Shown: positions 1-8,152 of the stretch, piece after piece
Layout of the letters: each line of letters begins with the position of its first letter
Position numbering within the stretch: position 1 is the stretch's first letter
From: a virus
Reading direction: 5' to 3' (one strand)
Virus record (IMG/VR): IMGVR_UViG_3300016665_000086
Coordinates: 1 to 32,292 of that record
Length of the DNA: 32,292 nt
Position numbers and translations under genes: made by a program
The notes under the pieces: model-generated
Told to the model about the DNA's origin: nothing
Seen by the model: the letters and a program-made list of their open reading frames with translations, nothing else
The model's database searches: none

Positions 1-22
1 TCTCCAAGGATGCCATCGGGTC
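1..22. repeat. Terminal 22-nt duplication, identical to 32271..32292. This is the overlap of a circular contig.
   Basis: tctccaaggatgccatcgggtc is present at both ends of the window. The glycosyltransferase ORF reads through the junction in frame. Confidence 0.9.
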
Positions 23-940
23 GAGTTCACGGCTGCGTATCTTCGCTGCTTTGCTCGCCTTCTCGTAGGCTTTGGCATTGAATAATCGCTCGATCTGATC
101 AACCCATTGCTTGATGTTTTCACGTTCAACGTAAAGCCCTGCCTTGCCGCAATTCTCACGCAAGCCCGGTGTCCCGGAGGAAATGACCGGGATGCCTGAA
201 CACATCGCCTCCGTGGCTGTCCTGCCCCATGACTCGTACTTTGATGGCATGATCAGGATACGTGTCTTGGCATAGACGTCCTTGATGGTGGGAGTCTTTG
301 GAAGCACGGTCACGTTCGGCGGTTGGTTCGTGTGCTGACCTTTGTCTGCCGGTTCTGAGTAACTGCCCATTACACCGATAAACTTGCGATGCGGTAGTGC
401 TTCAGCGATTTGCCGAAGGATGTGGCCGCCCTTGTTCTCATCCAGGTTGATCAGCGTGATCGCTTCGTTGTATGATGGGTCGATATTCGTATCGTAGTGC
501 CGCCAATCACATGGGGGAGTCACCACGATGCTCGGATGGTCATAGTTTAACTGCTCCTTTGCCCATTCGCTGTTGTAGATGATATACTGCGGGCTATCTG
601 CCCACACGATGCGGTTGTAGGTGCTGGTATTGTGAATCAGATGGAAGAGTGGACGTTTGTACACTTGTGCAATGCCGATTGTCCAATCTGTATAGTCAAG
701 ATGGGTCATCATCGCATCGCTCCATCCGATGAGCCTCTCAATGACCATGTCCTCCGGCGGGAAGACATCTATGCCGTCATATGTGTACATCGAGTTGATG
801 CGGTAGTGGCGCGCCTGATGCAGAAGCACACGCACATCGCCGCCGTTGGCCTTGATGTCCTTGTTGATCCAATGAGCCATGTATTCCGCCCCGCATGTGT
901 GTTGCGGAGGGTATAGATGAATGGAGTTCAGCAACTTCAT
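1..940 (-). CDS. Glycosyltransferase, GT-B fold, family 1/4-like. This is the N-terminal 313 codons. The ORF crosses the circular junction and ends at 32218, for about 330 aa in total.
   Basis: It is absent from the ORF track because it runs off the window edge. My own translation from the ATG at 940..938 is open all the way: MKLLNSIHLYPPQHTCGAEYMAHW...LINLDENKGGHILRQI...RILIMPSKYESWGRTATEAMCSGIPVISSGTPGLRENCGKAGLYVE. The ESWGRTATE stretch is an E-x7-E motif typical of retaining GT-B enzymes. The start ATG overlaps the stop of the upstream methyltransferase (ATGA). Confidence 0.8.
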   Translation of the reverse strand, partial: MKLLNSIHLYPPQHTCGAEYMAHWINKDIKANGGDVRVLLHQARHYRINSMYTYDGIDVFPPEDMVIERLIGWSDAMMTHLDYTDWTIGIAQVYKRPLFHLIHNTSTYNRIVWADSPQYIIYNSEWAKEQLNYDHPSIVVTPPCDWRHYDTNIDPSYNEAITLINLDENKGGHILRQIAEALPHRKFIGVMGSYSEPADKGQHTNQPPNVTVLPKTPTIKDVYAKTRILIMPSKYESWGRTATEAMCSGIPVISSGTPGLRENCGKAGLYVERENIKQWVDQIERLFNAKAYEKASKAAKIRSRELDPMASLE

Positions 941-1548
941 AGCTTGGTGATTTTTACCACAATCATCTTGTAGCCCATATCATCCTCGCGCCCATCTTTT
1001 ATGATCTCAACGCCCGGCATGGCGATGAAGTCGGTGAAGTGCCAAAGACTGCGGTGCGTCTCAAGTTCATTGCCGTAGGCTGCGCCCTGCTCAATCCAGA
1101 CTGCCGGCGTGCTGATCAGCAGGATGCCGCCGGGATTCAGCACATCGTTGACGATCTTGCTGATCACTGCATTCCCTTCGTCCTTGTCGAAATGCTCAAG
1201 TACATCAGTCATGAGAACACAATCATACTTCGCATCGCTCTGCTCAAGATAATCTTGAATCGTAGATATGTGAACGAGATTGTAGCAATCCCATAAAGGT
1301 GAATGATACTCACGGAATCCTTCGACGCCTACGACCGTTGTATGTCTGTAGTTTTCTTTGATGCCGACATTGAGCCAGTTGCGTATGCCGGCGCCATTGA
1401 TGCCGTGTCCGATGCCGAGGTCAAGCACGGTGCGCGGGTTGTACATCAAGACCTGACGCATGATGTCGCGGAAGGAAGAGTATGAGCCGATGGGCATGTT
1501 GTGTGTTTTGTGTTCAAGCAAAGAAGGGAGCAGAGCACATGGCTCCAC
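937..1548 (-). CDS. Class I SAM-dependent methyltransferase, of the small-molecule/sugar/protein type rather than a DNA MTase.
   Basis: Motif I is VLDLGIGHGINGAG. It is followed by VVGVEG, DCVLMTDVLEHF and PGGILLISTP. There is no DPPY/NPPY or PCQ DNA-MTase motif. The track start at 1548 is GTG. An in-frame ATG at 1497, preceded by a CA-rich leader, is an alternative start. Confidence 0.8.
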   Translation of the reverse strand: MEPCALLPSLLEHKTHNMPIGSYSSFRDIMRQVLMYNPRTVLDLGIGHGINGAGIRNWLNVGIKENYRHTTVVGVEGFREYHSPLWDCYNLVHISTIQDYLEQSDAKYDCVLMTDVLEHFDKDEGNAVISKIVNDVLNPGGILLISTPAVWIEQGAAYGNELETHRSLWHFTDFIAMPGVEIIKDGREDDMGYKMIVVKITKL

Positions 1549-1573
1549 TCCCTTTTTATATCAGAGGTACAGA

Positions 1574-2722
1574 TTAGCTCGCGCTTCCGTAGATCGCAGC
1601 TGTAGGCTGGAAGGAAAGCAGAGCAACACGGGCTTCAGCGCGGTAGGTCACCAGGTTCTTCACGAAATCATCCTGATCGGTCTCAGTGCTGCGAACAGCA
1701 AGGCCTGAGGCTTGAGCGATGGCGAACGCATCGGTGTTCATGACATATATCTTGCCACTCACGATTTGGCTGTGAGGTACCAGAGGGATGCCAACGATGC
1801 GGGTCTCACCCTGTGCACCGATGGTGATGCCACCCGGTACACCGTAAGAGCCGTTGGTCGGCTGCGTCTTCAGGACGGAAGCCCACACGGCATGCGTGGT
1901 CAGGATAACGTTCGGCTGACCGAGACCGAGTGCCAGGTGCTGGGCAACATAGTCAATGACGCGCTCAGCGACCGGAGTGGCAGAGGTGCTGCCGGCGGTT
2001 GCAGAAGCGGTGATCGTTGACATGAAGCTGTTGTTGATGGCACGGTTCCAATCCTCAAGCAGGCTCTGAGAGAGGTAAGCCTGAAGGAAAGGCAGATCCT
2101 GCAGCATCTGACGGGATACCTTGGCGTAACCAGCTACGAACGGAACGGAGGTGTTGACCATCGTTACATCGTAATCGACCTGAGCCTTTGCAGAGCCTTC
2201 AGTCTGCGTGCCGAACGAACCTTCACCGATGGCAGCGTTTCCGCGGGGGAAGGTGACGTTGCCGGTGGCAGTCGGGATGATGCGGAAGATGTTGTAGAGG
2301 TGCGGGCTGAAGAAGCTGCGCAGGATGGGATTGTCGGTGTAGCTGATTTGGCTTGTGCCGGTCAGGTTGTTACCGAGTGTCATCGTGCCAACTGCCTTTG
2401 AGGAGTTGAAAGGAGTCTCAGACTTGATGGCGTCGAAGTTTGCGGCCACGATGTCCATGATGCCAGCCTTCAGCGACTTCTGACGGTCACCACCAAAAGC
2501 ATCGGCTTCCATTTCAGACTTGATCTTGCCGTTGGCAGCGATCAGGCCGTTGATCTTCTCACGCAGTTCGCCGAGGGTCTCGCCCTTCTTCTGGGCATCT
2601 TCGTTCAGTTGTGCCACATTTGCGGCATGCTTTGCTTCCAGTGCGGCGACTTCTGCGCTCACCTGGGATTTGATTTCAGCGAGCTTCGGATCAAGCGCGC
2701 TAACGATGTCTTTTACTTCCAT
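1574..2722 (-). CDS. Major capsid protein, HK97 fold, with an N-terminal coiled-coil delta/scaffold domain.
   Basis: 382 aa. About 80 aa at the N terminus are heptad-rich (KLAEIKSQVSAEVAALEAKHAANVAQLNEDAQKKGETLGELREKINGL). The remainder is a typical MCP body. The gene lies directly downstream of the prohead protease. Confidence 0.85.
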   Translation of the reverse strand: MEVKDIVSALDPKLAEIKSQVSAEVAALEAKHAANVAQLNEDAQKKGETLGELREKINGLIAANGKIKSEMEADAFGGDRQKSLKAGIMDIVAANFDAIKSETPFNSSKAVGTMTLGNNLTGTSQISYTDNPILRSFFSPHLYNIFRIIPTATGNVTFPRGNAAIGEGSFGTQTEGSAKAQVDYDVTMVNTSVPFVAGYAKVSRQMLQDLPFLQAYLSQSLLEDWNRAINNSFMSTITASATAGSTSATPVAERVIDYVAQHLALGLGQPNVILTTHAVWASVLKTQPTNGSYGVPGGITIGAQGETRIVGIPLVPHSQIVSGKIYVMNTDAFAIAQASGLAVRSTETDQDDFVKNLVTYRAEARVALLSFQPTAAIYGSAS

Positions 2723-2745
2723 TTGGGTACGATTGTAAAAATTGT

Positions 2746-4311
2746 TTAGAAATGTTTTAATAGCAAAATATCGAGTGCAGTGGCAGCTTTTTGCGCAACA
2801 TCTTCGCTTTCGACCTTTGGCTCTGCCGGTGCCTCTTCGGCTGCCGACTGACTACTCAAGTCCTCGATGAGTTGATTCAGCTGCTTGATTTCGAGCATCA
2901 GAAGCTCGATGGTTTCATCAGTCGCATCAGTGTGCTTGATGAACTTCTCAAGTTTCTTGACCCTTTCGATCCTTGCATCCATACTTTTCAGTCCGAGCAT
3001 AGGAGTGTATTCATTTGCTCCCCAGCTCGTCAAAGAACTTCCTTCATACAAAACTACGTCATAGAGTTCAGTGGCCTCTTTGCCCTTGCGACTGCCCTTC
3101 ACGTTGAAGCCGATGGAATGCTCTTTTACCAGGTCGCTCTCTACCATCTTGATAAAGTCGCGACCAAGGTTGTGCGTACCGATTTTGCTTTCATAGTAGA
3201 GGCCGTAAGAATCCTCTTTGAGTTCCATCAACTTGCCGATCGGTTGGCGCGGGTCATGGTTCAGGAGGTGTTTGATGCGCCCCTTCGGGAACCACTCATT
3301 GAGTGACTTTTGAAATGCACCTGGGACGATGATGTCACCATCGGAGTCTTTTATGTTGAACGCGCTGAAGTACCCAGTGACGATGCCCTTCTTGGCATCG
3401 ACATCCTTCACTTCCTGCGTCATGCGCTTATATCCGTAGATCATGCTTGTTTTTTTCTCGTCAATCTGCTGCAATTTACGAATAGCCCAGTTTATGCCTG
3501 CATCGCCTCCCCAGGCATCCCACATCAGCCCTCCGCACCCTTCGCTGTACGGCACATCCTTGTTCTGTTGATGCCGCTTGAAGGATGCCATCCTGGCGAT
3601 GGTGTCACGGCTCAGTCGTTCGCGGTTGGCGAGTTGATTGGCGCGTGTCCACCCGACGGCCGTGCCGCACGATGACCCATTCTCTTCCTTCCACTTCAAG
3701 GCACGCCGTGCGTTGTTAGTGGCCGCTTCAGGGTAGTCGTTGTAGGTCTCTTCCTTCTGCATGATGGCATTGACGATGTGCTTCATTTCATCGTCATTGT
3801 CATTGTCATCTGCTTCTTCGTCACTTTCCGGGTCTTCGTAATCCTCCATCTCATCCTCATTGACGAGCGTGGCGCGTGCATCGGTGTTCTCACGGATCAG
3901 CCTGATCTCATCTTCGTTGTTGTCGTAGTGATGGCCGATGTTCAAACGCTGAACGGTCTCCCATTTCATCTGCCCATTGGTGAAGATGACGCGCCTACGT
4001 GGTATGCCGAGTTCATCGGTGACCTCATACACCTCCGTGCTATCTTCGGACTGCCGGCGGGTGATGACATACACCGTCTTGCCTTCTGCCATGTACCGCT
4101 TGGCAATGGCCTGCACGCGTGTGTACTCAAGCGTGTCATCGAAGTCGAAGCTGATGCGGTTGGCATCTGCCTTCTCTTCGTGTTCTTCTGCGCTTTCGCC
4201 TTCGATGGCAAGATATGCGCGGTATGCTCGGTTTGCCGCTCGTTCGGTGGTGTAAACACATTCACCATCACCTATGCGCCATTTGCCGTTGCTACATTTT
4301 TCGACTGGCAT
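2746..4311 (-). CDS. Multidomain prohead protease polyprotein. In order: HAD-like phosphatase domain, acidic linker, conserved domain of unknown function, HK97-type (S78/U35) prohead serine protease, C-terminal coiled coil.
   Basis: Protease core, aa ~297-445: GIVTGYFSAFNIKDSDGDIIVPGAFQKSL...HLLNHD...EHSIGF...LYEGSSLTSWGANEYT. N-terminal domain, aa ~52-150: DxDxT motif ISFDFDDTL, then VYVITRR, then HHYDNNEDE. Acidic run: EDEMEDYEDPESDEEADDNDNDDEM. Middle domain: YPEAATNNARRALKWKEENG..GWTRANQLANRERLSRDTIARMASFKRH. Confidence 0.8.
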   Translation of the reverse strand: MPVEKCSNGKWRIGDGECVYTTERAANRAYRAYLAIEGESAEEHEEKADANRISFDFDDTLEYTRVQAIAKRYMAEGKTVYVITRRQSEDSTEVYEVTDELGIPRRRVIFTNGQMKWETVQRLNIGHHYDNNEDEIRLIRENTDARATLVNEDEMEDYEDPESDEEADDNDNDDEMKHIVNAIMQKEETYNDYPEAATNNARRALKWKEENGSSCGTAVGWTRANQLANRERLSRDTIARMASFKRHQQNKDVPYSEGCGGLMWDAWGGDAGINWAIRKLQQIDEKKTSMIYGYKRMTQEVKDVDAKKGIVTGYFSAFNIKDSDGDIIVPGAFQKSLNEWFPKGRIKHLLNHDPRQPIGKLMELKEDSYGLYYESKIGTHNLGRDFIKMVESDLVKEHSIGFNVKGSRKGKEATELYDVVLYEGSSLTSWGANEYTPMLGLKSMDARIERVKKLEKFIKHTDATDETIELLMLEIKQLNQLIEDLSSQSAAEEAPAEPKVESEDVAQKAATALDILLLKHF

Positions 4312-4312
4312 G

Positions 4313-5125
4313 TTATCGTCTTTTGGGTATTAGGCGACCTTGTGCGTCTCGCTTGTTTTCAAATCCGAGAACGCATCTGCAATTTATCGTAAAAGCGGCA
4401 GGGGCTGCCGGGTCGAGTGGGTAGTCAGCGATGGCAGTGATGCCGTTCGTGCGGCCAAGTTGCGTAAATGGCTGATCGAGTTCAATGACGCGGCCATCGA
4501 TCTGCGCATGGTCGTACTGATCCTTCTCGCTGAACCGGCGCGTGCGGAAGTCGATGGCAGATATCCACTCCTTCGTCACCTCGTAGTCTTGCAGCCTCGC
4601 TGCTTCGATGGCGGCGAGGTTGGCCGCTCGGTTGCTCTCGGTCCGGGTGATCGTCAGAGCTCGGGCCGGTGATGCGACCTCCGGCGTGATGCGGCGGGCA
4701 ATCTCTGCGAAACCCCACCGCTCTTGCGTGCTTTGCACAAGGATGTCAAGGATGCGTTCCTTGGTGGTTGCCTCAATCAGAGAGAGCAGATCAAGAGCCT
4801 GACGCGTCAGCAGTTCGGTGATGGTCAGTAGGAAGTTCGCGTTGAAGAATGAGACCTTCTGACCGCGCTTCAGTTGCTGATTGGTCAGCCGACCGAACTG
4901 CATCGCTGTGTCCTTGTGCAGTTTACTAATTGCGGTGAGTAGATTTTCATCCAAGAGTGTGAACTGCTGAAAAGCGCGGTCAAAGCCGATGCGCTCGGCT
5001 TCGGCAATGAATTGCTCGGCCTGCTTGGTCAAAGCACGCTGAACACGCGGCAGCCCAGCATCCTCATGCTTCTTTAGAAGCTGGTGCCATCTCCTCCAGT
5101 ACGATCTTCTTTGCCGTGATGTCAT
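4313..5125 (-). CDS. Minor head / head morphogenesis protein, SPP1 gp7 / Mu F family.
   Basis: ITRTESNRAANLAAIEAAR...WISAIDFRTRRFSEKDQYDHAQIDGRV...FTINCRCVL. The gene lies immediately downstream of the portal region. Confidence 0.8.
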   Translation of the reverse strand: MTSRQRRSYWRRWHQLLKKHEDAGLPRVQRALTKQAEQFIAEAERIGFDRAFQQFTLLDENLLTAISKLHKDTAMQFGRLTNQQLKRGQKVSFFNANFLLTITELLTRQALDLLSLIEATTKERILDILVQSTQERWGFAEIARRITPEVASPARALTITRTESNRAANLAAIEAARLQDYEVTKEWISAIDFRTRRFSEKDQYDHAQIDGRVIELDQPFTQLGRTNGITAIADYPLDPAAPAAFTINCRCVLGFENKRDAQGRLIPKRR

Positions 5126-5261
5126 TGATCAATCTTGTCCGGTATGCTTCGCGTGCTGCGTCCCGCATGCGCTTCTCCGTTATGCAGCCACGTTCGGTGG
5201 GCAGCTTCGGGAAGCGTGCCATGACGAGCGTGTGAATGATATGCAAATCGTCTGCGGTCAT
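5064..5261 (-). CDS. Hypothetical 65-aa protein.
   Basis: The ATG overlaps the portal stop (ATGA). However, its last 62 nt overlap the MuF-like ORF in another frame. Confidence 0.4.
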   Translation of the reverse strand: MTADDLHIIHTLVMARFPKLPTERGCITEKRMRDAAREAYRTRLINDITAKKIVLEEMAPASKEA

Positions 5262-6637
5262 ATGTCACCGAGCTGATCCTCGCCACTCAAGTCACTTGCA
5301 GCCTGGTCGATGGGGATCATGCCTTGTGCGATATACGCGGTGTCGTATGCCCCGCCTCGCGGCTCGTAGTTCATAGCCACCCGCTTCTCATCGTAGGTAA
5401 GCCAATCGGCAGAACGCAGGCCGTTCACCATCTTCTCCATGTCCCTTTGCAGTTCAGGCAGCGCCATGATGTCGAAGTCGATGAACACGTTCTTTTCGCC
5501 CATGCGCGGAACGAGCCACTTGTTCAGCTCATCCCGAAGCTGAGCACACATTGGCACGATGGTGTTCGTGACGAGGTCGCGGAGTGCGTTTTGATAATTG
5601 TTGTCAGCCATGTTGTCAGCACTGAACAGCACCACCGGCATTGAGAAGACCCGGCACCACTGCTCAAGGCTGAACTTCATCGTGTCGATGAGAGCCATCT
5701 CACTTGATGTCAGACCGAAGTTCAGGAACTCCCACGGAGTCTGCAACATCGCGACCTGACCATACCGGTCGTTGTTGTTGACCCGATCAGCGAGCGCACG
5801 CTGCATGTTGGCGGCGGTCTTCTCGTCCACAAGCGGGATCTGGTTGCCGACTGCCTTTGGTACAAGCGCGCCCTTGGCACCGCCATTGGCCATCAGCTTC
5901 GCTGCGGCCTTCTGACTCTCCACGCCCATCAGGTAGTTGTTCCATGCGGCGCGGATGGGGGATACACCGCGCAGATGCTCACGGGTCACGGAGTCGAATT
6001 TGGGGTTCCATGACTTCCATTGCAGCACATCCGATTTGCCCAGTGAAATGTTGCCATTCGCGGAAGAAAGCAGCCACCCTGCCACACCAAAGAGATCGGA
6101 AGGGTCAGCCACCAAGTCCATGAACTGGCTCGGCATGACAAGCAGCTCTGTGAACTCGCCCTCGTCAATGTTGCCATCGTTCCCCCATATGAAGCCTTCC
6201 CCGGTCAAGAAGCGCATGCCGAAGATCTGCTCAAAGAACTGGTCTTGCCCTTGGTATCCGTTCGGGTTCTTCAGGATATTGGCCACCGGAGAGTCGTCGA
6301 TAATCATGCTCTCATCGTATGCCGCCTTGCGCTCTTGGATGGCGCGGTCAAGCGCACCCGGATTGCCGAGGCCTTTGGTCAGGTGCTTATACCGCTCAAG
6401 GCTGACGCGCGCCTTCGCGCCGTTCTTCTTCTCGTACACGTACCAAGGGATGCTCGCCGCCTTGCGAGCAAGGAAGCTGACGATGGCGTACACATCCGCG
6501 TTGTCTTGATACGCATCGGTGTATCGTTGGGAATCGAATTGTGATAGGATTTGCCCTTGGTTGACCGGCATGAATGCGTATTGCATAGATGCCGGATTGA
6601 GGCCCTTCTTCCTGAAAAGTCTGTCGATTATGCTCAT
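5258..6637 (-). CDS. Portal protein.
   Basis: 459 aa, lying between TerL and the MuF-like gene. Its size and position are canonical. Its start overlaps the TerL stop. Confidence 0.75.
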   Translation of the reverse strand: MSIIDRLFRKKGLNPASMQYAFMPVNQGQILSQFDSQRYTDAYQDNADVYAIVSFLARKAASIPWYVYEKKNGAKARVSLERYKHLTKGLGNPGALDRAIQERKAAYDESMIIDDSPVANILKNPNGYQGQDQFFEQIFGMRFLTGEGFIWGNDGNIDEGEFTELLVMPSQFMDLVADPSDLFGVAGWLLSSANGNISLGKSDVLQWKSWNPKFDSVTREHLRGVSPIRAAWNNYLMGVESQKAAAKLMANGGAKGALVPKAVGNQIPLVDEKTAANMQRALADRVNNNDRYGQVAMLQTPWEFLNFGLTSSEMALIDTMKFSLEQWCRVFSMPVVLFSADNMADNNYQNALRDLVTNTIVPMCAQLRDELNKWLVPRMGEKNVFIDFDIMALPELQRDMEKMVNGLRSADWLTYDEKRVAMNYEPRGGAYDTAYIAQGMIPIDQAASDLSGEDQLGDI

Positions 6638-7803
6638 ATCACTCCCCAGGTGAGCCTGGGCTGTTTTAGTTTCGTAAAAACGGCATACCTCATCGCGTCA
6701 ACCAAGTGGTCATCCATCTTGACCGGCTCTTTGTCAATCACCTTGCCGTTCATGTCAGTTTTCCACTTGTACTTCTTGAGTTCGTGGATTAGGTTATTGC
6801 TGCTTGATGTCACGAACAAAGGTAAACTTTTCACCTTCATGATGCCGGCATACACATCCTTGTCAGCAGGCTTGACGTTAAGGCCATGCCGGTAAAGTTC
6901 CTCAATGGTCTTCGGCTCGGCGGCATCGCAGTATATCTCGGCATATGGGTCAGGTACCTTGTCGGCGATGATGCTGGTCAGCTCTCCGGTGGTGATGCCT
7001 GACTCGTAGTACACCTCATGCACATAGAGAGCCTCGTCAGCGAGCGTCACGCGCACCATTGCAGTGGGATTCCTGAATCCGAAGTCAAGCCCGTAAAACA
7101 CCTCACCTTGCGGCACATTGTCCACAAGCTTCCAGTGGGTGTATATCTGCTCCTGGCTTGCGCCACGTTCTCCAAGCCCGAACACCTTCCACATCATCGG
7201 GTCAGCGTGTTGGTAGCCTTCAATGACCCTGCGCTGCGGTTCGGGGAGGTGGGTGTTATCACGGTACGTACTATGCACTTTCACTGCCTCATCAGAGTCA
7301 GCGAGGTGGTAGCACCAGATGTCGAAGTCTGACGGGTTCAGGTCGGTGATGACCTTAAACCTTGTCCGCATATCGAGCTGGTCAAATAAGGCTTTGCTCA
7401 GAAGGTTGGCCTCATTGCAGAAAAGGATGTCGCGCCCCGGCCCTTTCGCCCGGTCATGATCCTCAAGACCGAAAAACTCGATGTATGTGCCATTGTCGAA
7501 GGTGTAGATGGCATCTGTCTTGTTGTGCATGTCCTCGTCATACCACCCCCACGACTCAAGGATGTCGAAGAAGTCACGCATGGCACCACGCTTCAGGTGC
7601 GGCAAGGAGTGGCTCACCACGCTGATCTTCTTCCGGTCGTTGTTCGTTGCCCAGAAGATCAGTGCCTGAATGATGCCGAAGGTCTTGCCTGACCTTGAAC
7701 CACCCTCATGGCAGATGTACCGCTTCCCGCCGGCCAGAGCCTTGACGGTCATGGCGGCGGGGCGGGTCAGCTTTACGCGGATGTCAGGTGGTTGCATCTG
7801 CAT
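6634..7803 (-). CDS. terL: Terminase large subunit.
   Basis: Walker A: HEGGSRSGKTFG. Walker B-like: DILFCNEAN. Nuclease-domain motifs: IYCDAAEP and DHLVDAMRYAV. Confidence 0.9.
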   Translation of the reverse strand: MQMQPPDIRVKLTRPAAMTVKALAGGKRYICHEGGSRSGKTFGIIQALIFWATNNDRKKISVVSHSLPHLKRGAMRDFFDILESWGWYDEDMHNKTDAIYTFDNGTYIEFFGLEDHDRAKGPGRDILFCNEANLLSKALFDQLDMRTRFKVITDLNPSDFDIWCYHLADSDEAVKVHSTYRDNTHLPEPQRRVIEGYQHADPMMWKVFGLGERGASQEQIYTHWKLVDNVPQGEVFYGLDFGFRNPTAMVRVTLADEALYVHEVYYESGITTGELTSIIADKVPDPYAEIYCDAAEPKTIEELYRHGLNVKPADKDVYAGIMKVKSLPLFVTSSSNNLIHELKKYKWKTDMNGKVIDKEPVKMDDHLVDAMRYAVFTKLKQPRLTWGVI

Positions 7804-8152
7804 TGTCCGGCATTTCCATGATCACCCTGCCCTTGCCGGTCACGGCTATGTCAGCGTTTACCTTCTGGGTGTTTAGCCTGGCAAGTTCCTCGTCATCCGA
7901 GCAGAGCTTGAACTCGGCGATCTGGAGGGTAGCATTGTCGGAATCGCGCCATCTACGTCGAAGCTTGTTTTTTACCGCAATCTTCTCTCGTTGAACAGCT
8001 TCTTTTATCTCGTGCATTTCGTTCAATCCGTGGTTAGTCGCTGTACCTCTTGTTATGCCAAGAAATAACCACACTTCTTCCAGCGTGACGCATTGCTGCT
8101 CAGGGATGATCTTTAGCGCGAGCTGCTTTAGCTCTTCTGTATCATAGGGCAT
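7784..8152 (-). CDS. Putative terminase small subunit (HTH).
   Basis: 122 aa with the HTH-like stretch VTLEEVWLFLGITRGTATNH, followed by a basic helix RRRWRDSDNATLQIAEFKL. It lies directly upstream of terL and overlaps it. Confidence 0.6.
   Translation of the reverse strand: MPYDTEELKQLALKIIPEQQCVTLEEVWLFLGITRGTATNHGLNEMHEIKEAVQREKIAVKNKLRRRWRDSDNATLQIAEFKLCSDDEELARLNTQKVNADIAVTGKGRVIMEMPDNADATT

Noticed and set aside
1-22. The 22-nt terminal repeat as a biological direct terminal repeat or cos site.
   Set aside because: It is too short, and an essential-looking ORF reads through it in frame. This is typical of an assembler overlap on a circular or circularly permuted genome.
937-1548. The methyltransferase as a DNA (anti-restriction) methyltransferase.
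   Set aside because: It lacks the (D/N/S)PP(Y/F) motif and the C5-MTase PCQ/ENV motifs. Its motif architecture is that of small-molecule or sugar class I MTases, and it is coupled to a glycosyltransferase.
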